Part shown: in pieces, positions 19,165 through 27,791 of the stretch
Layout of the letters: each line of letters starts with the position of its first letter
How positions within the stretch are numbered: position 1 is the stretch's first letter
DNA from: a virus
Lineage: Duplodnaviria; Caudoviricetes
Virus record (IMG/VR): IMGVR_UViG_3300001868_000007
Span: 1 to 64,000 of that record
DNA length: 64,000 bases
Strand: one strand, 5' to 3'
The notes under the pieces: model-generated
The model's input: the letters and a program-made list of their open reading frames with translations, nothing else
Database searches by the model: none
What the model was told of the DNA's origin: nothing
Program-made: the position numbers and the translations under genes

Positions 19165-19607
19165 TGAGCAGAAATTATCCAGATTGCGACGATGACGACG
19201 ATAAAATGCGTCCAGATGGAAGCTTTTACGATACAGATTATTATCACGATAAAATAAATATGGAAATATCAATTCAACGCGACTACGCTAATAATAAAGC
19301 GTTCATTTACCTCTTAGGAGGATCTCGTAACAGTATGGTCAGAGAAGGGTATTCGTATAATTCTGAAGATCAGACTATAATAGTTGTCACTCTTCAAGAA
19401 GAAGAAGTTTTACAAACTATCAAACCTTTCTTAGTGTTACCAATTAGAATGGCAGATGAATTAGTTAAAGCCTTCACTAATCTAGGTTCAGAAATGAATA
19501 TCAAAACAGAGAACGAGAACCTTTTGAAAGGTAAGCTCGAAGCGACTCAACTTCACCTTGAAGACATGAGAGAGTTAACAAAACACTTAATAATTAAAAA
19601 GAAATAA
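19164..19607 (+). CDS. Hypothetical protein
   Basis: ORF translationally coupled to sbcC. Confidence 0.55.
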   Translation: MSRNYPDCDDDDDKMRPDGSFYDTDYYHDKINMEISIQRDYANNKAFIYLLGGSRNSMVREGYSYNSEDQTIIVVTLQEEEVLQTIKPFLVLPIRMADELVKAFTNLGSEMNIKTENENLLKGKLEATQLHLEDMRELTKHLIIKKK

Positions 19608-20146
19608 TGATTAAAGTAAGAATTGGTATCGATTTGGGGAAGAAAGGAGCGATCGCGATCTATCACGACGACATCCTTCAAGAGCCTGTTGTAATGCCAG
19701 TAGTTAACAAAACTGAATACGATATTCACTTCATTGCAAACGAACTTCTCAAATACACTGATACAGATCAATATGATGTTCATATTGTAACAGAGGACAT
19801 TCATGCAATCTACGGCAGTTCTGCAGGTGGTACGTTTGATTTCGGACGAGGATTAGGAATTTTTGAAGGCATAATTTGTGCTTACGGATTACCGTACACT
19901 AAAGTGATGCCTAAAAAATGGCAGAAAGATGCTTTTGAAGGAGTTAGTGAAATTCGTAAACCTGCATCAGTAAAGCAACAAGCTGTTGGACGACGCGGAG
20001 ATATTGATACCAAAGCGATGGCTTTGGTTGCGATTAAGAGACTTTTCCCTAATTTAAAGCTCACATTTGGAACCAGAGCTCATGTACCACATGACGGTCT
20101 TGTAGACGCAGTACATTTAGCTCGTTATTGTAAACTAAATTTTTAA
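19607..20146 (+). CDS. ruvC: RuvC-like Holliday junction resolvase
   Basis: IGIDLG, VTEDI, FDFGRGLG, PKKWQK, DGLVDA. Confidence 0.75.
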   Translation: MIKVRIGIDLGKKGAIAIYHDDILQEPVVMPVVNKTEYDIHFIANELLKYTDTDQYDVHIVTEDIHAIYGSSAGGTFDFGRGLGIFEGIICAYGLPYTKVMPKKWQKDAFEGVSEIRKPASVKQQAVGRRGDIDTKAMALVAIKRLFPNLKLTFGTRAHVPHDGLVDAVHLARYCKLNF

Positions 20147-20152
20147 ATAAAT

Positions 20153-20419
20153 ATGAAGCCGATTAATTTATTACACGAGTTTTTGAACTCAAGTTCAAAT
20201 ATCTCTCCTTTAGAAGCAACAGAACAGGAACAACTTGAAGAAAAATTTCAAGCTTGGTTTGATCAAAAACTGAAGGATTTCGAATTCGTTTCTCACTTAT
20301 CGATGCAGTCAGTAGCCAAAGTCTTCGATCCGTATCAAACTCTCATAGTAACTTTCGATCGTTGCGAAATTCTAAGAGCTGAAAAAGTAACACAAACAGA
20401 CGAATACATTTCTGATTAA
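20153..20419 (+). CDS. Hypothetical protein
   Basis: ORF track. Confidence 0.5.
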   Translation: MKPINLLHEFLNSSSNISPLEATEQEQLEEKFQAWFDQKLKDFEFVSHLSMQSVAKVFDPYQTLIVTFDRCEILRAEKVTQTDEYISD

Positions 20420-20420
20420 C

Positions 20421-20735
20421 ATGGCTAACGACTCAATGTACCGCCAAGAGTATAAATGTACTAAATGCGGTCTGATAACAAAACGCTACGTTTGGACCTC
20501 TGAATTAGAAACTGCTACACATAAGTGTGATTGTGGAGAAGTTCTTACAGTTGAGAACATTTACGATGCACCGGTAATAGAAACCTTTAGAATCGGTACT
20601 AAGATGACAAAAGAGCAAATTAAAGCTGAACGTACAATAAGGAGTAAAAAACACTTTAAAACAGAAGTTCTACCAACCTTGAGTGGAAAAGATCAGCGTT
20701 ACTTTAACAGTAAAAATAGAAACAATAAGAATTAG
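20421..20735 (+). CDS. FmdB-like zinc-ribbon protein
   Basis: YKCTKCG…HKCDCG. Confidence 0.55.
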   Translation: MANDSMYRQEYKCTKCGLITKRYVWTSELETATHKCDCGEVLTVENIYDAPVIETFRIGTKMTKEQIKAERTIRSKKHFKTEVLPTLSGKDQRYFNSKNRNNKN

Positions 20736-20768
20736 ATTTTTCATGGGTTTAAATTTTTTTAGATTAAG

Positions 20769-20803
20769 GGAAGTCTCACTGTGAAGTGGGACTTTTCTGT
20801 TTT
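20769..20803 (+). terminator. Rho-independent terminator
   Basis: AAGTCTCACT-gtga-AGTGGGACTT followed by TTCTGTTTT. Confidence 0.75.
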
Positions 20804-20942
20804 ATCCGCGATATCGACCCATATTGTTATATAATTCTTAGAAATAGTTATGTAATTACTACCTAAACGCTACACTTTCTGTATAACATAAGTATCTTTC
20901 CTATGTATCAATTATCAATTATCAAATAACAATTTAACAATT

Positions 20943-20970
20943 TCAGCCCTATCGCATCACGGTCAAGCGA
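20943..20970 (+). ncRNA. Conserved 5'-leader RNA motif (Flavo-1-like putative pseudoknot), copy 1
   Basis: TCAGCCCTa-TCGC-ATCACGGTcAA-GCGA, 7 nt before the ATG. Confidence 0.5.
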
Positions 20971-20977
20971 GAATCGT

Positions 20978-21364
20978 ATGACAACTAAACAATCGAGCAA
21001 CAACAAAGTTGCAAAAATGGAAGTCGATCAATTGTGCAAACAGTACAAGAAAGACGAAATGGCAAAAAAAGAACTTCCTATTGTTAAGAAGTTCTTACTA
21101 GAGAAAGGAATTGATGTAGCTACTCTTCAAGTAAAGATCGCTCCTCAAGCTAAAGTTTTGACAGTTGAAAATAAAGCTGCCAAATCATTCGACAAATCTG
21201 ATACAAAATCAGATTGCATGCGTAAATTGATGCTTGCAAAAATGGAAATCAATCTTCACGACATTAATGTAAAATTGACGAAGAAAGGATTTCATCAAGC
21301 TTATCCATCTGAAGTGCAACGTGTACGTAAACAAATCAATCAACACCTTGTCTCATTGAATTAA
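20978..21364 (+). CDS. Hypothetical protein, paralog family A (HTH-like)
   Basis: DTKSDCMRKL…AYPSEVQRVRKQ. Confidence 0.6.
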   Translation: MTTKQSSNNKVAKMEVDQLCKQYKKDEMAKKELPIVKKFLLEKGIDVATLQVKIAPQAKVLTVENKAAKSFDKSDTKSDCMRKLMLAKMEINLHDINVKLTKKGFHQAYPSEVQRVRKQINQHLVSLN

Positions 21365-21380
21365 TCAACTCTGAATTGAA

Positions 21381-21423
21381 GAGGGTGAGTATTGCTATAA
21401 AACGCAGTCTCACCCTCTCTTTA
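21381..21423 (+). terminator. Rho-independent terminator
   Basis: GAGGGTGAG…CTCACCCTC with an inner ATTGC/GCAGT stem, then TCTTT. Confidence 0.75.
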
Positions 21424-21453
21424 TGTACTTATGAAAAATAATTCAAAAATGAA

Positions 21454-21494
21454 ACATATTTCTGTTGCTTTGTAGGTAAGTAGGTTGTATCTTT
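21454..21494 (+). promoter_or_regulatory. Repeated promoter copy 3
   Basis: ACATATttctGTTG…GTATCTTT at +33. Confidence 0.7.
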
Positions 21495-21531
21495 CCGACG
21501 TCTTAAAACAATTCACTTTAAAAATCATCTT

Positions 21532-21651
21532 ATGAAAACGCTCAAAATTGACAAATCCTTTATTCCTTTTATAATAGTAGTAATTAGCATACTTATTGCT
21601 ATTGTTGTTATTTGGTGTAATTTCGATACATCTTTTGGTGGATCTTATTAA
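21532..21651 (+). CDS. 39-aa single-TM small protein (below the ORF-track cutoff)
   Basis: MKTLKIDKSFIPFIIVVISILIAIVVIWCNFDTSFGGSY; first gene after promoter 3. Confidence 0.6.
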   Translation: MKTLKIDKSFIPFIIVVISILIAIVVIWCNFDTSFGGSY

Positions 21652-21670
21652 TAATCTTAAATAAATCATC

Positions 21671-22309
21671 ATGGCTAAAATCAATGAACAGCTTCAAACT
21701 AATCTCACTAATGTAGTGAGTAAAATTTTCACTCTCGCTAAAGATCATTGGGTAAACGCAAAAGATTATCCTATCAGTAAACTATGTGAGGAATATAGTG
21801 TCGATCGCAGATATTCTACAGCTATTGGTAAAGTGCTTAGAGAAAAAGGTTTAATGTTCTCAGAGGGAGAAAAATCTGGAATGAAGTATAAAATTGATTA
21901 TTTCAGTAATGCTCATATTCCATCATATTCTCACCTTGCTGAACTGATTGTCGAGCAATATCGTGCAGATCTTAAAGCTTATAATGATTCTCGCAAATCT
22001 GACGATTGCCGCCCTCTTCGTTATCCAAAAGAGAAAGTTGAAGTTATGCCTGCAAACTTTACTAAATGTTCAATACCTCATTTAGGAGAAAATAGATTTT
22101 GCTTAATTGCAAATAGGATCTTTGAGTGTAAAATTATAGGCAAAAGACAGTCACATGATGAACACATCCTTTTGTTTGAAGTTGAAGTACCAACTAAAAG
22201 TGAAAAAGACGAAAGACTTTTTATAGACAATATTACTCTCAACAATCTTTTTGAATCAGTTGACACTCTCCTCATATATCTTTCCAAAAAAGTAACAAAA
22301 TTCAAATGA
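21671..22309 (+). CDS. Hypothetical protein
   Basis: ORF track. Confidence 0.55.
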   Translation: MAKINEQLQTNLTNVVSKIFTLAKDHWVNAKDYPISKLCEEYSVDRRYSTAIGKVLREKGLMFSEGEKSGMKYKIDYFSNAHIPSYSHLAELIVEQYRADLKAYNDSRKSDDCRPLRYPKEKVEVMPANFTKCSIPHLGENRFCLIANRIFECKIIGKRQSHDEHILLFEVEVPTKSEKDERLFIDNITLNNLFESVDTLLIYLSKKVTKFK

Positions 22310-22596
22310 TATCGTATTCAGTACTCCTCCTCAAGAAAGATCTCACATTGATCAACACTGAAAATGAAGTTGAGAAAATTATTGTGCACTCTTATGACTA
22401 CGTTGGACTGCGGACAGTGAAACAAAATGATGAAGGAGTATTGTATACAGCTTATAAAATCATAAATAAGAAGTGTTATTGCAGCACCTATAAAATTAAA
22501 AACAATCAAACTACTCTGAGTGCTGGAAGTGGACTAGAGTCGCAAGAAATTCTCGAAGATAAACTTTATTTTAAATATAAACAAAAATCATTATGA
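22306..22596 (+). CDS. Hypothetical protein
   Basis: ATGA overlaps on both sides. Confidence 0.5.
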   Translation: MISYSVLLLKKDLTLINTENEVEKIIVHSYDYVGLRTVKQNDEGVLYTAYKIINKKCYCSTYKIKNNQTTLSAGSGLESQEILEDKLYFKYKQKSL

Positions 22597-23024
22597 GAAC
22601 ACTAAAATTATCAATTGTACTTCTTTTTGTTTCAATATTAAGTTACTCTCAATGTGTGACGCAATTTTTTGGAGCAAAATATACTCAGAACAAAACTATT
22701 TCTTTAAATGTATCGCAACTAAATCCTGACTATTCATATTCTGGACTACAAGCTACAATGCCTTTATTCGATAGTAAAACATTTCTAGCAAACGCTGAAG
22801 TAGGTAGAGGAATTGTAATTAATAAAGTTGGCTTCATTGGATATGGAGTCATAGGTTTGTATATCTATGATTTTGGTGATTGGAAACTCAATTATGGAAT
22901 AGGATTTCAAACATTTTACAAGAATGTTTTCGTCGGAGTAAATTGCACCAATAAAGAACATTTAGGCATTAAATTGGGGATTTGTTTTAATTCAATGTTG
23001 TGTCCAATAAAATATCATAAATAA
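22593..23024 (+). CDS. Secreted or outer-membrane beta-rich protein
   Basis: Signal peptide (…ILSYS|Q) followed by alternating amphipathic strands (LNYGIGFQ, VFVGVN, LGIKLGICF). Confidence 0.45.
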   Translation: MRTLKLSIVLLFVSILSYSQCVTQFFGAKYTQNKTISLNVSQLNPDYSYSGLQATMPLFDSKTFLANAEVGRGIVINKVGFIGYGVIGLYIYDFGDWKLNYGIGFQTFYKNVFVGVNCTNKEHLGIKLGICFNSMLCPIKYHK

Positions 23025-23026
23025 CT

Positions 23027-23479
23027 ATGAAAATTAAAATCGGTAGCACTCGTATTTGTTTTATGTTCTCTAAAGTTGCAGTAAAGATTCCTATCTTCTT
23101 CTCATGGAGAAGATTTATCGCTGGAGTAGCTTCTAATTATAGTGAAGCCCTGACTTGGGAACAAACCACCTTAGATCTAATCAACGGAGAAGAGAATCAA
23201 CAATATCTTTGTGAGGTTTATGAGAATCTCGGAGGATTACTTCTAATCGCTGAAAGAGTTCATCAGTTATCTGATCTTGAATTCCTACAGATACCTCTCT
23301 ATGTTCACGACAAACTTCTTCGTCTCGCCTCAGATAAGTCAGAATTCGTTAATCAGAATGTAGGTAGAATTGAAATCGATGAAACTACTCACTATAAACT
23401 TCTTGATTACGGAACCAACATCTTGATTCAATCTTCTAAAAGAAACTGGATCGTCAGGTATTTAAAGATTCTTCGCTAG
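23027..23479 (+). CDS. Minimal protein-kinase-like-fold protein
   Basis: GSTRIC, VAVKIP, N..EA, NQNVG, LLDYG (DFG-like). Confidence 0.45.
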   Translation: MKIKIGSTRICFMFSKVAVKIPIFFSWRRFIAGVASNYSEALTWEQTTLDLINGEENQQYLCEVYENLGGLLLIAERVHQLSDLEFLQIPLYVHDKLLRLASDKSEFVNQNVGRIEIDETTHYKLLDYGTNILIQSSKRNWIVRYLKILR

Positions 23480-23536
23480 GAATTCAGCATGAATCCTTAA
23501 TAGATCATAAAAGATCGCATGGGTCGGAGAAATACT

Positions 23537-23577
23537 ACATACTTTTGTTGTTTCGCGTTGTGGGTAGGGGTATCTTC
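23537..23577 (+). promoter_or_regulatory. Repeated promoter copy 4
   Basis: ACATACttttGTTG…GTATCTTC at +33. Confidence 0.75.
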
Positions 23578-23602
23578 GCAGTGTAATTAAAAACAGAAGA
23601 TT

Positions 23603-23815
23603 ATGAAAACGACACTGATTACCGTAGTTAATGGTTCAATTGAAAGTGAAATTCTTGAATACTTAGGAGCAACAGAATTAAATTATAGAGCTTATTTAAC
23701 ATCTAAGAAATTGATCGATACTCAATGCTATCTTTATGGTTCATGTGGATTTTCAATGTTCGATGTAATTTGCACTAAACTCGATAAATTAACCGCTGAA
23801 ACTCTCAACAAATGA
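23603..23815 (+). CDS. Small hypothetical protein
   Basis: First ORF after promoter 4. Confidence 0.55.
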   Translation: MKTTLITVVNGSIESEILEYLGATELNYRAYLTSKKLIDTQCYLYGSCGFSMFDVICTKLDKLTAETLNK

Positions 23816-24027
23816 ACCTCACCAAAGTCATAGAAGCACAATCCACTCATTCAGGAACACTACCTTCGGTACTGTTCGATGAAGTAGCTGAATTCGTAGA
23901 TAAAAATCTGCATCAATCAACTCATGTAGATTTAATCAAAAATCCTCAATCCATTAAGAGATCGGAAAATTTTCAGTATCTCGTAGACGGATTATCCTAC
24001 ACAGTAATCAATAAATTCTTTAAATAA
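23812..24027 (+). CDS. Small hypothetical protein
   Basis: ATGA overlap. Confidence 0.5.
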   Translation: MNLTKVIEAQSTHSGTLPSVLFDEVAEFVDKNLHQSTHVDLIKNPQSIKRSENFQYLVDGLSYTVINKFFK

Positions 24028-24031
24028 ATAC

Positions 24032-24056
24032 TCAGCCCTCGACATCACGGTAAGTC
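24032..24056 (+). ncRNA. Conserved 5'-leader RNA motif, copy 2
   Basis: TCAGCCCTc-GAC-ATCACGGTAA-GTC, 6 nt before the ATG. Confidence 0.5.
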
Positions 24057-24062
24057 AGCATT

Positions 24063-24692
24063 ATGTCACTAACCAATGAAGATCAAAAAAAGATTTCAAA
24101 AATCGGCACATCAGCGTTAACAGTCAGAGTTCAGCTTGGTAAATTCGAAGGCGAAGAGCTTGAGTACGCTATTTCTCTCCTTAAAAAACGTCACATAGAT
24201 ATTGATTTAATTCTTGCGAAAAAAGCTACAAAAGTAGTAGAACTTGAAGTAGCTTTAAATAAAGCTGTGATCGAGTCGCCTAAAGAAGTTTATGTTGAAG
24301 AAGAACCTTTCCAATCAGAAGATCTGCCGGAGTTATTTTTTCTACCTGAAAACGACGGTCCTCAATCGCAAGAAGAATACGATGCTCTTCAAACCATTGA
24401 AAACACTCAAGATCCTTTGATCGAAGAAGTAGCTTTTGTTCCGGTAAAAAAAGAAAAGAAAGCGAAAGCTGTGAAGAAATCCAGCAAACATGAGAAAAAA
24501 ATCTATACTGACGCTAACGGTAAAGAAATGACCAAATCTGATCTGATGCGTCGCTTAATCCGTCTCAAAAACAATATCAAACCAAAAGAACTCAACGAAC
24601 AACTTATTGATGCAGGTTTTGAGAAAGCTTATTACAGTGAAATTCAACGTTGTCGTCAACAAATGGGTGTAACTCCTGAAGCGAAAGAATAG
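24063..24692 (+). CDS. Hypothetical protein, paralog family A (HTH-like C-terminus)
   Basis: MTKSDLMRRL…AYYSEIQRCRQQ. Confidence 0.6.
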   Translation: MSLTNEDQKKISKIGTSALTVRVQLGKFEGEELEYAISLLKKRHIDIDLILAKKATKVVELEVALNKAVIESPKEVYVEEEPFQSEDLPELFFLPENDGPQSQEEYDALQTIENTQDPLIEEVAFVPVKKEKKAKAVKKSSKHEKKIYTDANGKEMTKSDLMRRLIRLKNNIKPKELNEQLIDAGFEKAYYSEIQRCRQQMGVTPEAKE

Positions 24693-24696
24693 CATC

Positions 24697-24891
24697 ATGT
24701 TAACAGTACAGACCGACGTTACCTATTTAAGTATAGGAGATTTGAAGAGAGAGTATCAAGATATCTCTATTGTTATTAGCGAATTAACTCTTAATCACTT
24801 TAAAAGTGACGATCCTAGAGATTGGCGACTAAAAAGTGTCATTATTTTCAGAAAAGGAAAAGAAACCAAAGTATTAAAATCTCGTTTTTAA
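24697..24891 (+). CDS. Small hypothetical protein
   Basis: ORF track. Confidence 0.45.
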   Translation: MLTVQTDVTYLSIGDLKREYQDISIVISELTLNHFKSDDPRDWRLKSVIIFRKGKETKVLKSRF

Positions 24892-24898
24892 TAAAATT

Positions 24899-25537
24899 AT
24901 GAAGAAAGCAATAGTAATTTCCACATTTGGTTCACCTGCTTATATTGCCTTACAAATAGAATCAGCTCGACGTTTCTCTCCTGATTCCTCGATATTGATC
25001 TACGACGACATGAGTAATAATATTGGTCTTCGCGATCTCTGTAAACAGCAACGTATTGAGCTTTACTCTAACCATTCCCGAATGGGACATTTCTTAGGCG
25101 ACTTGAATTCCTACATCGTAGGACTGGAGTTTGCAAAAAATATCGGAGCAGAACAACTCATCAAAATATCGCGAAGATTCTTACCAATCACTTCGTGGGA
25201 AAACATTCCTTTCGACACAACTGTTGGGAATTCAGATGTAGCCTTTAATTGGAATCTACGAACTGAATTTGTTGGCTTTAATGTAGAAATGTGGCATAAG
25301 CAACTATCATTAAAAGATTACGCAGGAGGTTTCATTGAGAATCATATAGCTGAGAAAGCACAAAAAATTGGATCAATAACACAATTTGATTGGTTAGGTG
25401 CAACTAGATATCGAGATAATGGTAACTTTCTATGGTACAACTTCGCTACTCCTTTAGACTATGTCAATAAAGGTTTAGAGTGGGGACTAGAATTCACAGA
25501 ATCAGATTTTAATACATCACCAAATTGGGAACAATAA
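24899..25537 (+). CDS. GT-A fold (GT2-like) glycosyltransferase
   Basis: AIVISTF…ILIYDDMS…N…G N-terminal GT2 pattern. Confidence 0.5.
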   Translation: MKKAIVISTFGSPAYIALQIESARRFSPDSSILIYDDMSNNIGLRDLCKQQRIELYSNHSRMGHFLGDLNSYIVGLEFAKNIGAEQLIKISRRFLPITSWENIPFDTTVGNSDVAFNWNLRTEFVGFNVEMWHKQLSLKDYAGGFIENHIAEKAQKIGSITQFDWLGATRYRDNGNFLWYNFATPLDYVNKGLEWGLEFTESDFNTSPNWEQ

Positions 25538-25554
25538 TTAATACTTAATCACAT

Positions 25555-25734
25555 ATGAAAACTGTAAGAATAGAACTCAATCTTCCTAACGGAAGCTCTC
25601 AAGAACTCGAATTCCCTGAAGGAACAATGGTTACGGTAAAAACGAAAACGTTAAAGAAAGTTATCTTCGAGCCTAAAGAAGAGTTAAAGATTGAAGAAGT
25701 CATTATTCCCAAAACTTATTCATACGAAGGATGA
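25555..25734 (+). CDS. 59-aa hypothetical protein (not in the ORF track)
   Basis: MKTVRIELNLPNGSSQELEF…YEG; fills the gap between neighbours. Confidence 0.5.
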   Translation: MKTVRIELNLPNGSSQELEFPEGTMVTVKTKTLKKVIFEPKEELKIEEVIIPKTYSYEG

Positions 25735-25738
25735 TATT

Positions 25739-26077
25739 ATGAAAGATCTCAAGGTTTCATACGAAATTACTTGCCAATTCGCAGAATCTCACTTACTCAG
25801 TGAAGAGAAATTGGAAAACATGAGAAAGCGTTATATATCTCAGCTTTTTGTAAAAAAAATATGTGAAGAAGGTTTATTCGAAATTAAATCAAGTAAGGTT
25901 CCATCTAAACAAACAGATACTTACGAAGCTCAGTTTTTCGTTCAAACTACTGAAGAGTATAACGAAATGATTAACGCTCTCAGACATCTTGAAGGAACAA
26001 TCATGGGATTGACTTCAGCTAACACTCAAGAAACTCTTTTACAACAACTTGATAAACTTAAAGAAATACTGAAATGA
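25739..26077 (+). CDS. Hypothetical protein
   Basis: In frame with track ORF 25691; ATG 25739 preferred. Confidence 0.5.
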   Translation: MKDLKVSYEITCQFAESHLLSEEKLENMRKRYISQLFVKKICEEGLFEIKSSKVPSKQTDTYEAQFFVQTTEEYNEMINALRHLEGTIMGLTSANTQETLLQQLDKLKEILK

Positions 26078-26469
26078 ATATACTAAACGATAAAACAGAT
26101 CAGAATCACGTTGTTCTCAACCAAATGGAGCATGTAGAACAAGAGAAAATGGAATACAAGTTGATTGATACATTTCTCCGTACACCAGGTTTAAAACTAT
26201 GGTTCTACAATCCTGAGACAGAAGTGGTTGCTGAGGTGATTGAAAAAGAAGTTGAGAAAGGAACTGCTCAAATGGTGATAACTAGTGAGAAAGACTACGT
26301 AATCGAAGACCATGAACGCAAATCAATCAACGTTGATTCTCGTAATATCTATTTTGAAGCTCTACATTGGAAGAGTGCAGAAAATCGAGTAAAAAAATAT
26401 ACATCTGGCAAAATCAAAACACTTTGTAATTTACGTAAACCGACAGGAATGTCACTTAAACTTTGGTAA
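26074..26469 (+). CDS. Hypothetical protein
   Basis: ORF track. Confidence 0.55.
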   Translation: MNILNDKTDQNHVVLNQMEHVEQEKMEYKLIDTFLRTPGLKLWFYNPETEVVAEVIEKEVEKGTAQMVITSEKDYVIEDHERKSINVDSRNIYFEALHWKSAENRVKKYTSGKIKTLCNLRKPTGMSLKLW

Positions 26470-27164
26470 TCATGCAATCAAATATCCCTTTCAAATGTCC
26501 TCATGGAGAATTTACATGTATAGATGTAGATCCTAACGGAGTCCTCAGTCCAGAATGTAGTGAATGTGAACACTCTAAAAATATAGATCCTCGCAAAGCA
26601 GCAATTGCTTCAGTTAATTATGATTTGAACGAAAACATAAAAATAGGAGCAAAACTGTTTTATAGAGATATGACATTTGCTGGAATTGAAGATAGTATTA
26701 TTGTGTCATTTGAGACTGGTGCTAAATCTCAACAAGCAAAAGAGTATTGGTATAATCGATTCAAACAAGATTATTTTGCTTCAGATCAAAACGCTAACGA
26801 TTTGATTGATAATCATAGAGCAATTGGTATTATTGGTCATAATCCAAAAGTAATACTATGTAGTAGTGGTAGAATTGATGGAAAGTCTCAACTTTTTGAA
26901 GCAATCGGGAAAGCTCATAAAGAAGGAATCGAAGTAGTAGTTATTAATTCACCAAACTACAGACCTCCTCTTGAAGTTCCTGATTTCAACAATGAGATAA
27001 AAGAGATGGAGATACAATCAAATCGTAGACCAGAAATCTTTGAGTTACATAATTATGATATGGTTGGAGAATGTCGTATTGTTGAAGAACCTAAATCCTA
27101 CGACAGAAAATCAATGCCAGGTAAGATGAATACTTATAAATCAAAGAGGAGAAACAAACGGTAG
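26463..27164 (+). CDS. Hypothetical protein with an N-terminal Cys cluster
   Basis: CPHGEFTC…CSECEH. Confidence 0.5.
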   Translation: MVIMQSNIPFKCPHGEFTCIDVDPNGVLSPECSECEHSKNIDPRKAAIASVNYDLNENIKIGAKLFYRDMTFAGIEDSIIVSFETGAKSQQAKEYWYNRFKQDYFASDQNANDLIDNHRAIGIIGHNPKVILCSSGRIDGKSQLFEAIGKAHKEGIEVVVINSPNYRPPLEVPDFNNEIKEMEIQSNRRPEIFELHNYDMVGECRIVEEPKSYDRKSMPGKMNTYKSKRRNKR

Positions 27165-27344
27165 TGTGTAGTTTTTAAAATTAAGGAGCGAACGCAGTTC
27201 GCAATTTATTTCTTATGAATGTAATGAATAAGAAATATTACTCTATTCCTTGATTCTTATTTATTAACTCTTATTTTATTATATCGCGGGATTACCGCCA
27301 CGTATGCCGTGATTACCGCCATGTAAAACTCCACTAAACTACAC
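27165..27344. other. Candidate replication origin or operator region
   Basis: Flanking 9-bp inverted repeat, AT-rich core, and two GATTACCGCCAyGTA direct repeats 21 bp apart. Confidence 0.35.
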
Positions 27345-27356
27345 TAAAAATCTTTT

Positions 27357-27791
27357 TTGAATTATGAAGGGAGCGAAAGAGTTATTCTCTCAAACATCGA
27401 TAGTATCTTTACGAAAAAATTAACAATGGATAGTACAACGATACTTCTGCAACAAAATGGATACTGGCAATTGAACTATGATCTAGTTGCAGAGTTTGGA
27501 TTCTCCAAAGCTGCAGTCTTAACCGATTTGATTGTAAAATTCAATTTCTTCGAAAGAACAAATCAACTCATTGAAAAGAAATGGTTTTTCTATAGACGAG
27601 AAGATATGTCTCAGAGGTGGAAGATGCAAGTAGACGCTCAAAGAAAAGTTCTCAAGGAACTTAGAGATCTCAACTTGATTGATTTTCAATTAAGAGGAAT
27701 TTCTCCTCAAAAACAATTCTACACAATTAATAGAGTAGAGGTAGATCAATTATTATTTTCTCTTCATAAAAAATATAAAAATGAGCGCTAA
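27357..27791 (+). CDS. Winged-helix replication-initiator-like protein (paralog 1)
   Basis: FGFSKAAVLTDL…KWFFYRREDMSQRW…QRKVLKELRDLNLI…RG. Confidence 0.5.
   Translation: MNYEGSERVILSNIDSIFTKKLTMDSTTILLQQNGYWQLNYDLVAEFGFSKAAVLTDLIVKFNFFERTNQLIEKKWFFYRREDMSQRWKMQVDAQRKVLKELRDLNLIDFQLRGISPQKQFYTINRVEVDQLLFSLHKKYKNER

Noticed and set aside
20806-20895. Further copies of the repeated promoter (reverse AATATGGGTCG at ~20815; GTATCTTT at 20892)
   Set aside because: The ACATAC/GTTG element is missing at the fixed spacing; at most a lone -7 box.
21421-21684. Minus-strand 87-aa ORF
   Set aside because: It overlaps promoter copy 3 and a better + strand 39-aa TM ORF.
26860-26895. SSGRIDGKS as a terminase/ATPase Walker A
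   Set aside because: No Walker B or ATPase context; probably chance or a remnant.
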